Shown one piece after another: positions 12,616-25,913 of a stretch of DNA of 64,000 bases. Position 1 is the stretch's first letter. Every line of letters begins with the position of its first letter. The notes beneath the pieces were generated by a model that saw only the letters and a program-made list of their open reading frames with translations, ran no database searches and was not told the DNA's origin. Made by a program: the position numbers and the translations under genes. This DNA comes from Okamejei kenojei (taxonomy: Eukaryota). The stretch spans positions 9,796,001 to 9,860,000 of the forward strand of contig CM069149.1 in NCBI GenBank assembly GCA_035221665.1, read 5' to 3'.

Positions 12616-12996
12616 AACAAGATAACACCACTGTACACATCAATGGAAGAATCAATGACAAATCACTATCAAAATGTCCAGTATCCACACATACTGCCCA
12701 GTAATTTTAACTGTTTAACCTTTCATTTAAGGAGCCACATGGATTCCTTTTCACTGGAACAAACTCTAAATAATAGCTATTTTCCCACAAGCAGCACTAG
12801 TTCCTTTGAATGATTAGAATTAAAATAGCTCAATTAATATCACACTTCTTGTTTTGGGAACATTCCAAGCAATTGTAACATTTAGACAAAATAACATTAT
12901 ATTGCCAGTGTCCCAGTCATGTCTGCGGAGATTGCTTCAAGAACGTTTGCCAGAGATTTGGCAATACCGTAAACCACCAATACAACACATCAAGAG

Positions 12997-13457
12997 ATAG
13001 ACACAAGATGGTGGAGTCACTTAAGGCCCTGTCCCACTGTGCGAGTTTACCCAAGAGCTCTCCAGAGTTAAAAAAAAAAAATCAAACTCGTGGTAAGTAC
13101 GTAGCAGGTACGTCGAAGCTCGTGGATGTCTCGTAGCGGCTCGTAATGCTAACGGCAGGTACTCGGGAAACGCGGAAACTCGTGAAGTTTTTTCAACAGT
13201 GTGAAAAATTTCCAAGAGTAAAAAAAATACTCGTGATGAAGTACCACGAGTTTGATTTTTTTTTTAAACTCGGGAGAGCTCTTGGGTAAATTTGCATCGT
13301 GGGACAGGGACTACAGCAGGACAGGCAGTATCTCTGGAAAGATGGAATGGATGATTTATTCCCTCCAGAGATGCTGCCCATCCTGCCGAGTTACTATATA
13401 TAGCATTGTGTGTCCATCTTCTGTGTCAACTAGCACCTGCAGTTCCTTTCTACACAT
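12997..13457. mobile_element. Penelope-derived fold-back element (split by MITE), 11-bp TSD
   Basis: TSD cacatcaagag at 12986-12996 / 13458-13468. Confidence 0.82.
13024..13312. mobile_element. Harbinger-type palindromic MITE inside a Penelope-derived repeat
   Basis: tta|AGGCCCTGTCCCACT...GTGGGACAGGGACT with ~70-bp inverted arms. Confidence 0.85.
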
Positions 13458-13602
13458 CACATCAAGAGCTAAGCATTCAAACTAGCACACATGGTAAAGA
13501 TAATGGCTGGACAAAAGTGATATATAAAGAGTTGTTATTCAATATTTATAAGGTTGGGGTGGGGCTTGGGAAGAGTGACACAGGACTGATAGTACTTGGA
13601 AA

Positions 13603-14406
13603 ACTTTATTGTCATTCAGACCTTGCGGTCTGAACGAAATTCCGTTGCCTGCAGTCATACATATAGTAAATAACAAAAACACGCAATAAACACATATTTA
13701 ACATCCACCACAGTGAGTTCACCACACACCTCCTCACTGTGGTGGAAGGCAAAAATCTTGTCTTTGTCTCTTCCCTTCTTCCTCTGCGCTGAGGCAACCC
13801 GGGCCTCCGATGTTGTGACCGCACTGGGTGATGTAAATAAGTCCCGCGGGTGAACCGCGCTCCGCGAGCGGGCCGGTTCAACTCCGCACCCGGGGCGGTC
13901 GAAGCTGCCGCCCTCCAGTCCAGCGGACGCAGCTGTTGCTACAGGAGCTCCGGAAAAACAGGTCACCAACCTGAGACCTGCGAGCTCCCGACGATGTCGT
14001 CCACTGGGCCCGCGACCGGGCCTCCGAAGTCGCTGCAGCCGCCACCACAGCTCCGAGTCGGGCCGCCGGAACGCCTGAACCCGCCACAGCCCCGAAGTCG
14101 GGCAGCCCCACGCTGGTTAGTCCTGGGTGGCTCTGCCTCCGGAGCCTCGGGTCGGTCACAGTTAAAGTTGGAGGCCGCCAGCTCCGCGATAGGCCTCAGC
14201 GCAGACGGAGACGGGGGATACGACAAGAAAAGTCACGTCCCCCCCAAAAGGAAGAGACTAAGAACGTTTCTCCCACCCCTCCCACACACATACACTACAT
14301 AATGACTCAAACTAACGCTAAAAACAAGACAAGAAAACAACAAATAAAAATAAAAACAGACGGACTGCAGGCGAGCCGCTGCTGCCAGGGCAGCGCCGCC
14401 ACTCCC
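13603..14406 (-). mobile_element. GC-rich non-autonomous retroelement with Rex1-type tail (unclassified)
   Basis: The minus strand starts ggcggcgctgcc...gctcgcctgcagtcc and ends tgactgcaggcaacggaatttcgttcagac...tgacaataaag. CpG-rich, no protein motif. Confidence 0.6.
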
Positions 14407-14849
14407 TTTCTGAAGTTGGGTATAACAAGCAGTTTGGAAATTCTATTGTAAGACATAACTAAGTTTGATTATTTTGATTTTTTGTTCAATTCTGGGTATC
14501 TTTGTTGGTTATCATTGTGGAACAAAATTAAGTGATAAATTTTAAAATATCTTTAGCCAAATACATTAACTTTCTGTAGTTCCTTGGAAATAAGTTGGCT
14601 TTGACAATAACAGCTGCATATTCAACGTTGCCATTGCAATCCATATTTTCACCCAAGTCATACGATATGATAAGATAAAATTTTATTCATTCCCCGAGGG
14701 AAATTGTTCTGCCGACAGTCACAACACAAGGTACACAAAAAACTTGAAATTAAAGATGAAAACAAAAAGAAAAAGACATGCGACTGCTGGCTGGCTGCCG
14801 TGTGCACAGTGCCTTCGCTGGAACAACCAAACAAACAAACACACACTGT

Positions 14850-15445
14850 ATTTTTATTTTCAAATATCTTAAATGTAAACATGATTTGCCCGTTTCCCTT
14901 CATGATCGTTTCACCCTTTCTTATAATATTCACCATTACCCAACCAGAAGAAGAAATGATCTTCATCTTCCGTTTTGTCGAACATCCAAACACCAACATT
15001 GCATTACTTTTAAAGGTCCTAAATTTTGGAATACCCTGCCTCTGTCATTAAAGTCTCACACCTCCTTAGCCACCTTTAAGATTGAGCTTAAAAAGTTTCT
15101 CATCATGTCCTGAGTTCTGACCTCCAGCTTTTTGTAATGCTATTTATGAGCTCAAACTACTTCTGTTGACTCTTATCTCATACTGTACCTTATTATTTTA
15201 TTTATTTTCATATTTTTAATTTCATATTTTTAATTTTCATTCTTAAACTGTATTGTTGTTTATTATTGTCTTTTTTATTTCTCCTACCTCCTGATTTGCC
15301 ATTAACGCTCGTTTTCAGATGGGAGCGGACTTTGTATAAGCCCTCTGGGCTTCCCTTCCCTCCCAGCACTGTATGGTATTATAAATTGATCGTTTGTCTT
15401 CTTTTAAAACATGGTGCAAATAAATAAAATTAAAAAAAAAAAAAC
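14850..15445 (+). mobile_element. L2-group (Crack/Daphne-like) LINE 3' end
   Basis: Peptide HHYPTRRRNDLHLPFCRT...FKGPKFWNTLPLSLK...FKIELKKFLI, then 3' UTR stem-loop (aagccctctgggctt), AATAAA and poly(A). Confidence 0.78.
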
Positions 15446-17152
15446 AATCCCCTGGTCAGAGGATTCTAAACTAGAGTGCCCCCCCCCCCCTCCCCCACAC
15501 CTGGTCCCCCTTTGTTCTCCCACTGTCCCTCACAGAGGTTCCCCCACGCTGGGTCCTTGCAGTTCTTTCTTCCAGTGGAAATCCTACCAATCATGTCCAT
15601 ATCACTGGGCTGCCAACTTTTGCTATAGTTGGGCCAATCGACCCGTCACCCGAATGAAAGCAAGGTTTGCATTCCTCCGATTTGTCTCCCAACAATGTAT
15701 GCCAGTGGCAAAAAGGGGGCTGCTCTATGCCCCGATCATATGGAATATCCATGCTGATCAGGTTATTGAAATCCAGCAGTATTTGATGGAGCTTGTTGGT
15801 TCTAGGCTCTGCCAAGCTGTACCTTAAAGTCCTTGGATTCCTATTTATTGTGTAGTTAAAACAGCAAGCAAACTTTCTCTAGTGCAAACTAGTTCCAAAG
15901 TACTATCTACCTCATTAGAGATCCTCGTACTATCTTTGATCAGACTTTACTGGCTTCATCGTGCACTAAACATTATTCCCTTTATCATGTTTCTGTACAC
16001 TGAATGGCTTGATTGTAACTATGTGTTGTCTTTCCGCTGACTGGGTCAGCAAGCAACAAAAGCATTTCACTGTACCTCGGTACATGTGACAATAAACTAA
16101 ACTCAAACGCAATTTTATTTTAGTTTACAGCCACAAATATGGGAATGAATTTCTGCATAAGACGCATGCAAAACTGCGAACAAAAACAGTGGATTAGGGA
16201 GAGGTTGTGTAGTGGTGGATATGGTTAAGTAACATTCAACATTTTGTCAAAAAGCTAGAGTTTGTTACTTCCACAACTTCCAAGGCTGCAAACTGCCCAT
16301 GTTTAACATTAACATAAATTAATCATGAATTACCTCGTTTCTTTTACCCTTTTCAACTGTAACAACATCCGGCATTATGAGGCTTGAGCCTTCCCCCAAG
16401 TTTCTCTCATAAAAATTCATGATTAAGCTCAGTTCAGATACAACTGTCCACTGGGACATTCCAGCAATGAAGTTCGCACAAAGGAAATTCATGTCTATAA
16501 TGACTGTAAAGGAAGCATTGTTGTGAAGAATTTCTGCCCTGCAACCAGGAAATTCCTGATTTAAACAAACCACCCACTCTGCAGCAGACAACATTGCACT
16601 GCAACGTGAACTCACTGCATTTTTCTTCAGTTTCGATATTTCTGAAGAGCTTGGGGAGTAAGACCTTCAAATTTAGTAAAATTTCAGCAAGAGTACACAG
16701 CATTCATGAACTCTAATCTTATTAAACCACTGCAAACATTTGCAGTATTTTTTTTTTTTAATTTTGTAATGCATTTGTGCAACAACACACCTGTTGCCAG
16801 TGAAGGCTGAAATTGGTATCTTTTCTTATTGCTTATAGATGGATTCAAATACTGAAAGACACAATCTTCTTCCATTTCATCACCCACTACAGTGCATCAA
16901 GCAGCCGAAAAACAAATGACAGACTATTTTCAAGCAGCTCCAAGCTCATGCGTGTATGCATTATTTCTGCTGCTTTGGTGGAATCTCTCATCAGCCCATT
17001 TCAAAAACTGCTGCATTCCGCTATTAAACACGACAACCTCGAATAAGCTCTGAACTACAGACTATTATTGTTATTACTGCACTATTATTGGTTTTCTTGT
17101 TTTATTTTATTGTTCTATCTGCTACATATGACAATAAAATACTCTTAACTCT

Positions 17153-17365
17153 CTGGTAGAGGGCTACTGCCGCACAGCGCCAGAGACTCAAGTTCAATCC
17201 TGACCTCGGGTGGTGTCTGCATAGTTTGCTTTCTCCCAGCGATTGCCTGGGTTGCCTCCTGGAACTCCAATTTCCTCCCACATCCCAAAGACATGTGGAT
17301 TTGTCGGGCAAGGGGCCTCTCTAAATTGCTCCTCATGTGCAAGGAGTGCATGAGAAAGTGGTTAA
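17153..17365 (+). mobile_element. HE1-like V-SINE, degenerate
   Basis: ggtagag...cacagcgccagagac...gttcaatcctgacctcggg...ttcctcccacatcccaaagac. Confidence 0.8.
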
Positions 17366-17664
17366 TTGATTCAGATGATCATTCAATAAATCAAAGCAAC
17401 TCTGGATGGAACACCACCAACAATAATCACAAATGTTTTATTATTAATATTTAATGTTTTATGTGTCATTCCTAACTGTCACTGTATGTCACGTTGTCAC
17501 TTGCGGGCGGAGCACCAAGGCAAATTCCTTGTATGTGAATACTTGGCCAACTTATTCATTCATTCATTCAACTAAATTTTAAAAAAAACATTTATTTCTA
17601 GCATAAGATACAGTCAATTACGATATTTCAAAGTCTCTGCATTTCCCGTTTTCAGCTCATAGTC

Positions 17665-18015
17665 AGTCATACAATGTGGAAATAGGCCCTTTAGCCCAAT
17701 TTACCCAAACTGACCAACATGTCCCACCTACACTCATCCCACTTGCCTGAGTTTGCCCATATCCCTCTAAATCTGTCCTAACCCTGCACCTCTCTAACTG
17801 TTTCTTAAATGTCATGATAGTCCCTGCCTCTACTACCTCCTCCAGCAACGTGTTCCATACACGCACCACCCTTTGTGTGAAAAAGTTACCTCTCAGTTTC
17901 CTATAAAATATTTCTCCCTTCACCTCAAACCTAGGCCCTCCAATTCTCAATTCCCCTTCTTTGGGCGAGAGATATTGTGCATCCACCCAATCGATTCCTC
18001 ATGATTTTATACACT
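17665..18015 (-). mobile_element. CR1 (HER1-like) 3' end
   Basis: ORF LRGNFFTQRVVRVWNTLLEEVVEAGTIMTFKKQLE. Confidence 0.85.
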
Positions 18016-18329
18016 AATTGCCAATGATATAGACATATGGCATACACAAATGTCTCTGAATAAAAGGAAACTTAACGGTACAATATATTTCCATTGCGTT
18101 TCATGTACCCCAAATCGGCTTTTATTTCTACATCTGAGGGTACTCCGAGTTAACATACACTGGAGTTCCCTTCCTGTTGTCAGACTCTTTTTTTTTTCAA
18201 TTTACTGACAAGACTTCCCTCAATTCTTAATGCCTGGTCAACCTGCAGCTAAAAACATTCCAAAGATGTAAAACATGTAATGTATTGCAGTATTCTGAAA
18301 CTGGTCGCTGTGTGTTGTGTGCAAGAAAG

Positions 18330-18600
18330 AACGGCAGATGCGGGTTTACACTAAAGATAGACACAAAATGCTGGAGTAACTCAGCGGGACAGGCAGCATT
18401 TCATAGGCCAACATGTCACCCATTCCTTCTATCCAAAGATGCTGCCTGTCCCGCTGAGCTACTCCAGTGTTTTGTGTCTATCTCGGCTGTGTGCAGGCAT
18501 GGACTATGAGCAACACAGAGTGCTGGAGGAGGTCAGGGGGTCTGGAAGCATCTGGTATAGACAGGTGACGTTCCAAGTCAGGACCCTTCTTCACACTCTG
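18330..18600. mobile_element. Two adjacent Penelope-derived short elements (one fold-back, one minus-strand)
   Basis: gatagacacaaaatgctggagtaactcagcgggacaggcagc plus its inverse; decayed hammerhead-like motif at ~18565-18595. Confidence 0.75.
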
Positions 18601-18619
18601 CTGCTTTCATTTCATTTGG

Positions 18620-19320
18620 ATCAGTTGGAAATATGGGTGTAAAACTGGCAGATGGAGTGTGAAGTGTTGCACTTTGGGAGTCAAAGTCTGTGGTGGATGT
18701 TCATGTTAAAATGTGTTTTTGAGTGATCTGTTGCTTTTAATTGTATGACTGACCTGGCCTATGAAATTCCTTGTATGTTGCAAAACTTAGCGAATAAAGT
18801 GTGATTCTGTTTCTGAAATGGGTCATGAAAGTATACAGGAAATGGCAGGACCTTCAAAGAGTATTGATATACAGAGAGATCTTTTGGTGCTGTCATGTTC
18901 ACAGGGAGATCAGGTTATAAGGATAGGTTCGAGAAACGGGATTGTTTTCTCACTAGCATTAGAGGGGCAAACCAATACAGGTATACAAATTGATGAGAGG
19001 CACTGGTTGGGTAGATAGATGCAGATTTTCTTAAGGGTGGAAATGCCAAATAATAGGGAAAATAGTTATACAGTGAGATGGGGAAATTTAAAGGAGATCT
19101 GCGAGGCGAGTGTTTTTTGAATTGCACCAAAAGTGGCAGATGACATGAACACACTGCTGGGGTTGTGGTGAAAGATATGATAGCAACATGTTAGAGACAT
19201 TCAGATAAACACATGGACATACAAGATATGGGGGACAGAGGCTACATATAGGCAGTTTGGCATCTTAATTGGCATAGACATCTTGGGCCTCTGACTGTTC
19301 TCCACCCTTCTGTGGTCTAT
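18620..19320 (+). mobile_element. CR1 fragment, degenerate, with an internal Rex1-like tail insert
   Basis: tggcagatggag...tgtgaagtgttgcactttggga; gggaaatttaaaggagatctgcgagg. Confidence 0.6.
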
Positions 19321-19339
19321 GCTGCAAATATTATGAGCA

Positions 19340-19652
19340 ATAATACACCCAAAATGGCAAGTTGGTCACAAGAAAAGTCAGATATTGGTACATCTTCCAT
19401 AGCAAGTAATAAGAATTTTATCAGTTGAGAATAATCGGCATGGAGCGTTTGGAACAACAACTATTAGTACAATCATAACACGACAGGAGAAGCTAACACA
19501 TGCGCAGCCATCTATAGGTAGGAAGGAACTGCAGATGCTGGTTCACACTGAAGATAGACACAAAATTGCTGGAGTAACTCAGCGGGACAGGCAGCATATC
19601 TGGAGAGAAGGAATGGGTGACTTTTCGGGTCGAGACCCTTCTTCAGACTGAC
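19340..19652 (-). mobile_element. Penelope-derived element carrying ~170 bp of transduced flank, 11-bp TSD
   Basis: TSD tattatgagca at 19329-19339 / 19653-19663 encloses a copy of ~26470-26673 plus the element. Confidence 0.85.
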
Positions 19653-21087
19653 TATTATGAGCAGCATTTCTGACAGGCAATGTTGTTGTTCCAATCGACT
19701 TCTCAATCCTGTCCAGTTATTCTCATTTACGTTTGCACGTGCAGTCTATTATTGCACCAAAACATATCCAGAAACAGAGTTTATCCCAGGTTGTCCAGTT
19801 ATCTGTCTAATTTGCCTAAGATTCTGAATTCACATTCAGAATTCTAAAAACATTTTGATTTTAGTATAGTTGAATGGAGACCTGAAATATCCAACGTGCT
19901 CCATGTGTGGTCTCATCAAGATTCCCATTTTCATTTACAAATTCATCCATGGTTTCATCTCTCTCCACCTCTGTGATTTACACCAGCTCTATAACCTTTT
20001 CAGATGCGCTGTCCTTTAAATCTGACCTTGCGTGTTCTCAATTGTAATCAATCTTCCAGTTGCTAAGAACTTTGGCCCTGGAATTCCCTCTTAAACCACT
20101 TTCACCTCTCCTCCTTTATAAATCCAAGAGATATTTTCAAAGGCTGCCTGAAAGGAGCTTCACATAAGTGATTATCAAATAAAATTTGACAAAGATCCAT
20201 ATGTGGAAGTATTAGGGCAAATGACCTTTGGTCAGAGGAAAATCTTAAAGTGTCTCAAAGACGTAGAAAGGCGAGACAGAGGACTGAGGGCCACAAGTGA
20301 CTAAAGAAAGAAATTCCAGAGAAGTGGTTTAAAAAGGATTAAAATAGATAAGAGATTAGGCTCTGAGAACAGCATACCTCAAATTGAATACTTGAAGACT
20401 GAGATTGTAAAAAAAAAGGGAGATACGAGGTCATGAATGGATTTGTAAACAGGGATGAGATTTTTTACATTGAGAAACTTAGGTACACTACACTTTGATG
20501 AACAACTTTGCTCTCTGATTTATGTAAAGAATACAGAGACACTGGGGAAAGAGCAAAATAGATTTACAATAATGGTAGCACAACCTGGGGAAGTTTTACT
20601 TGCTGAGAACAAAACTCTTTCCTCTAATACATAAGTCCAAGAGGGATTGGACAGATGTTTTTCGACATTATGGAAGAATTTGATAGCTTATATTCCTAGA
20701 GAGGGTCACCACCCAGTAAGACCACCTTATGGACTCCCGACCGTCCTTCTTACCTTGTCACTGTCATGTTCTGAAGTGTTCTGACTCTAGAATTTTGGTC
20801 TGAATGGTGGAGAACCTCCTCCCAATGCACACTGTAGAAGCCCTTCCCCAATGTATTCCTGAATGCTTTGCTATCTGACAAAACCCAACCCTAGGTTTGC
20901 CCGCTGTTGAAGCAAGGAAGGAACTTTAATCATTTTTAAAATAGAGATTTCTCCGATATCGAGACAAAGCTATTAAATATGAAGGAAATAATTACAGCAT
21001 GAGAAAGTAGTTTTCGGAAAGAGGTAATTTAGATCATAGAAATTTGGAACAAATTCCAACTGATCAGAGGTTACAAACAAAAAAGGA

Positions 21088-21193
21088 CCCCTCTCTCGTT
21101 TCCCTTATCCCAAACCAGTCTGAAGAAGGGCCTCGACCCAAAATGTCACCCATTCCTTCTCTCCCCAGATGCTGCCTGCCCCGCTGAGTAACT
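21088..21193 (+). mobile_element. Penelope-derived short element
   Basis: cagtctgaagaagggcctcgacccaaaatgtcacccattcc...gatgctgcctgccccgctgag. Confidence 0.8.
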
Positions 21194-23479
21194 TTGGAAA
21201 ATTCGTGCGTGGATATCCTAGATTTGCTTCCACTTCAATGGTCAACAAATACGAACAAACTCAAAGTGGAATTCAGGAGATGTTTCTTTTCTCAATGAAT
21301 GGTTAAAACATGGAACACGAGGAGTGGCTGAGATGAACAGTTTAAATACATTTAAAGCAAAGCAAAATAAACACACCAAAGTGTAAGAATGAGAAGGATA
21401 TGTGGATCATTTTGGGTGGAGTGGTATGGGAGAGGGCTTAAGCAGAGCTAAAACCAGCATAAACCCCCTGGGGTTAAGAACGTGGTTTGCAATGAAATAC
21501 AATGTACACAATATGCATTTCTTTTTAAACACATATAAAAGACAACACACAGCATCATGCTTTGTATTGTCATACAATTCTAACAACAAAAATGTCCATT
21601 TACATACAACCTCAGCCATGAAAGACAAATCCCCACGGTCTTCTGCATTACCAAATAGAAATTGACACCATGCTGAATAAAGAGGTATATGGGGAGATGG
21701 GCAGAAAAGTAGATTAAGGAGCATGTACAAGTGAGTAAGAAAATATAATGACTATCAACCCAAAACATTCCCTCTTCATAGCAGCTGTCAGCTTTGCTGA
21801 ATATTTTCTGGATTTCCCATTCTTATTTCAAAGGAAATAAGAGGGAGGACACTCTAGATACAAGTAAGCAGCAGCTGAAAGTAGGGTCACCAATAATGAA
21901 GCAGTCAAATTTGGAGATGACCAAGGGATAAATTCAGAAGCACATAGGTTGCTTGCAGGACTTTTACAGAATGGAAAATTAAAATAAGTCTATTAACGTA
22001 AATAAAAATAAGGGTGTGAATTTTAGTTTTTTTAAATCAACCTGTTATTTACTTGGAAGGAAACATAGCTTGGTAAGCCTGTAAGTGATGAATGAATGGA
22101 TTTTGATCACTGATAGGACACGGGCAGCAGAAGCTTGACAGGTCTTAAATTCAATGGAACAACCTGGGACATGACCGCTGGGGGAGTTCATTTATTGAAT
22201 GGGGGCAAGGAATTCCAGTGATGGGTTAATTGGTTCACGATCTTTGAACAACAGAATGGGGCATGCCCAAGTGGCCAGAATTGGAAAAGCACAGCCTCTT
22301 CCCAGAAGCAATGTCACCAGTTTCTGCCTGCAGATATATTTCTGCACAGGATGTAGAAGCCCTCAATTAGGGATTAAACCTCCACTCCCAAGCCAATATC
22401 ATCCCCACTACAACAGTGGAGCCAAAAACTTGGAAAATGTTTAGCAGTTACAGTCCCTTCTCCACATTCCACAAGCAGAATTTTTTTTTTTGTTCTTATC
22501 AGTTCAAACAAGAACAATTAATTCCTTAGCCCTGCAAGAATGTGACAAGGTGCCAACAAAGCCAACAGGCAAGGTGATATATGGTCTATTTACCACGGTC
22601 AAATAAATAGCTTCATAAAACAGCACTGGAAGTAAATCCAGCAAATAGAAAACCTTTTTTTTAAACTCCCTGATAAAGACTTCCTCATTCCAGTCTCCAA
22701 TGAAGCAGCACTTAAAATTGTTTTAAGGTAATTGCAAGGACTGCTGCATCCTCTCCAAGTCTGAACAAAGTGGCAAGATCAAGTCTGGTTTGTCTTGGCA
22801 ATTAAAGCTAGATTTCATCTTGTGACAACCCCCCACCCTATGGGCCACACAGACTTCCCAATAATTACTCTTAGATTTTGAAGAGGTCAGAATCGTCTTC
22901 AGCAGCAGAACATTTACGAAAGTGACTGTTTACAACATTACTGCTTAAATAATCATTTTGCAAAATTCTAACAAACTACTAAACCATCAGGTGGCACTTT
23001 TAGATTACACCAACAGATTTCTTCTGGCACTACAAACGTGCGATTGAAGACACAGGGGTGTAATATTAACTTACAACAGTGACATAAAATTGATAGGGTG
23101 AAATTAGCTGGCCATTATATAAACAAACGCAGGAAACCTGAAATAAAAACAGAAAATGCAGAATGTGCTACTAAGCAGGACTGACAACAGTTGTGGTAAA
23201 AAAAAAGTTTCAGGTCAATGACATTTCCCTCAAACTGGGAGAAAAAGTTCTTTAATATTTTCCGGTTCTGACAGAAGAACAAAGTAAAATTCTATTGCTA
23301 GTTCTCTTTTCAGTCACTGCCTGACCTGCTGAGCACTCCTGTTGGCCTCCTACAATGCATCAGAATCAATCTTCTAGAATACTAAATTCAAAAGTTCAAG
23401 AATTTCTTCATGCAGAGTTCTGAAACTCTAGAATTCACTTCCCAGGTAAATACACAGGCAAAGTATTCACTATAGTAGT

Positions 23480-23720
23480 AGAAGGGGCCCAGGACAGAAA
23501 GGTTGGTATGGAGTGGGAAGGAGAGTTTAAATGGTTAACAACGGGAGATTCAGCGGGCAGAGCACAAATGTAGCAAAAACAGTAGCCTAGCCTATGCTTG
23601 GCCTCGCCAATGTAAAGGAGGTCACATTGGGATCACCAGATGCAGTAGATGAGGTTAGAGGAGGCGACGAAGGAGGTATAGCACCCGTTAGATCTCCTGC
23701 AGTCTTGGTGGGCAAGGATG
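23480..23720 (-). mobile_element. Penelope-like GIY-YIG fragment, degenerate
   Basis: Minus strand SSNLIYCIW*SQCDLLYIGEAKHRLG; homologous to 62180-62340. Confidence 0.8.
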
Positions 23721-24831
23721 AGTGAACCTAGGGATAAACGCTAAGGGATAAGAATGGGTACTCTAATATATTTTGGCACCAGGAGCCAATCAATCCTCAT
23801 TAAGACCTTTTTCAGCACGATCATGAATGGAAGAGATTTTTGGTTAAAACATTAGTTATACAGCTTATGTTACAAATGATGCCAAAACTCATTTGTTGCT
23901 ATCCAATTTTCAAGACTATTAAATACATCTCAATATGCTTTCAATGCAGACATAAATATATTTTGTAATGCAAATGTCTGAGAGTAAATATCCCCTAAAG
24001 AAAATACGATTAATATCAATAGCCACAGTTGGTAATGTGAGGAAAAAATAACCCAAGTGAAATTAGCCGTTAATTGATCCAGAAAGGCACAGCAAGTACA
24101 CTTTGTAGCACTAAAGAGATACGCCAAGTTATACACAGCTCCATTTTAAATGACTATTGTGTATTCCTTTGTATAACTCTCCTATTAAAGCTAAATGTTC
24201 CCTGGCCTGGAATAATCAATGCCCCTGGAGAACCAGGAATAAATATTTATACAAAACATTGATGGGCAGAACTTGGTAGCTTAAGCTTCTTATAATGCAA
24301 GAGCTACCTGAAGTAGACCCCTATAGTGAATCTAAGCAGAAGTATTGTTCTTACCCCTCTTAAGCTAGAAAGGAAATGTTCTTCCAGATATGTTTCCTAT
24401 TCTGCTGGTTCCTCATGCCTCAACTTTCTCCTATCCTAAAGGCTCCCGCAGTGGACAGTTCCTTGGACTTGGTGAATCTATTCTCCGAGGCTGTCCTACC
24501 AAGTCTTAAATCGAGGAGAATGTAAAACTAAGAGGCAGGGACATGCCACATGGCGCCACATGCTTCAATTCAATGATTAAATCCACTGCGAGATTTAGAT
24601 TCCCTTTGTGTTATATCATATAATTTAATGATGGTTACCCATAGATCTCCAAGATGGGGGGAATTCCTTGATTTATAGCTTTGCAGGAAATTTCCCCTCA
24701 TCTTGGTCCAAATTCTTCCCATAACCCAGGACTGTGTCCACAAGTCCTGTAGTCTCCAACTAGAGGAAAAAGATTTCTCTGAATCTTTTCTTCCGATTCC
24801 CCCCAGAGTTTTGTAACGTTCAATAAGATCA

Positions 24832-25115
24832 GCTGGTAGAGTGGCTGCATCACAGTCCTAGGGACCTAGGTTCGATTCTGACATCAGGTGCTGTCTCTGC
24901 ATGTTCTCCCTGTGACCTCGTGGGTTTCCTCCACGTTCTATGGTTTTCTCCCACATCCCCAAGACGTGCGGGTTTGTAGGTTAATTGGCTTCTGTAAATT
25001 GCCCCCGTTGTGTGGAGAGTGGATGCAAAAGTGAGACAACGTAGAACTACTGTGACTGACGAACTGCATGGACACACGAGTCAAAGGGCCTGTTTCCGTG
25101 CTGTATCTTGCAATC
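24832..25115 (+). mobile_element. HE1-like V-SINE
   Basis: tRNA-like head (ggttcgattctgac), V-domain, tail gggcctgtttccgtgctgtatct. Confidence 0.82.
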
Positions 25116-25599
25116 AATCCTATCTTACATTCTTCTAAACCCCGGTACATACCGTCCAAATCTAGCTCAAAGACAAGGTCTTATTTCTACGCACTGGAGA
25201 TCAACAGATGTATTAGCTGTACACATCTCATTCATTACCAACCCTCTGAATCACATGAAATATCAACAAATCATCTAACAACCCTCAGCTTTATCCAGTC
25301 AGTACATTTGGAATTGCAACCAAATGCAGCCACAAATTTAATTTCCTATATTAATTGCGAAGGAAGCATACATGAAAACAAACACTTAAATTAATATTTG
25401 TCATTACATTCACATTGCAATACCACCCAATGAGATGAGGTTCCTAATGGAATCAGGGACAGTGTTGTCATCTCCTGAATCGGGGACGATAGATTCAAGA
25501 CTCACTGGCGATTACAACACACAACCTGGACAGACCTGCCTGTGCATTACCAATGACTGAGGTCCTGTCAAAGGTGGCAATTTTTGGCTACATTACTCA

Positions 25600-25770
25600 A
25601 AGATATTTCATTGTCATTGTCACCGGGCACTTTGCTGCTGAGGTAGGCTTGTGGTTAGAGTTACGCAATGTCTTTCAAGTATCTGACGTTTGATGGGAAG
25701 AAGCTATTCCTCAACATATAGGTGATGGTTCTCAAACTCCTGGATCTTCTGCCCTATGGTAGCAGTAAGA
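25600..25770 (-). mobile_element. Rex1/Babar 3' fragment ending at the orphan Tc1 TIR
   Basis: gggaagaagctattcct...ctcctggatcttctgccc is the reverse complement of the Rex1 RNSFFP region. Confidence 0.7.
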
Positions 25771-25913
25771 TGTATAAAGATGGCCTTTATTAAAATCCGA
25801 CAATGTGCACTTTAACCACATGTGAGTTTTTCTATTACAAATCTCAAATTGTGGAGTACAGACGCAAATAAATAAATGATGGGTCTTTGTCCCAAACATT
25901 ATGGAAGGTACTG
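25771..25913. mobile_element. Orphan outer part of the same Tc1 TIR, followed by TA
   Basis: Near-identical to 38069-38213; ends ggtactg|ta. Confidence 0.9.

Noticed and set aside
13612-14302. Several ORFs up to 150 aa
   Set aside because: Stop-poor GC-rich repeat; P/A/G/R-biased with no recognisable domain.
16600-16650. Minus-strand ETEEK resembling HMGA2 exon 5 (EETEETSS...)
   Set aside because: No suitable acceptor, no SSQESAEED-like continuation or stop, and no exon 4 upstream.
22259-22268. p53 half-site GGGCATGCCC
   Set aside because: Only one half-site; no adjacent second decamer.
24355-24364. Possible 10-nt micro-exon (tttctag|CTTAAGAGGG|gtaaga)
   Set aside because: Frame-shifting, with no supporting regulatory motif; such matches occur by chance in 43 kb.
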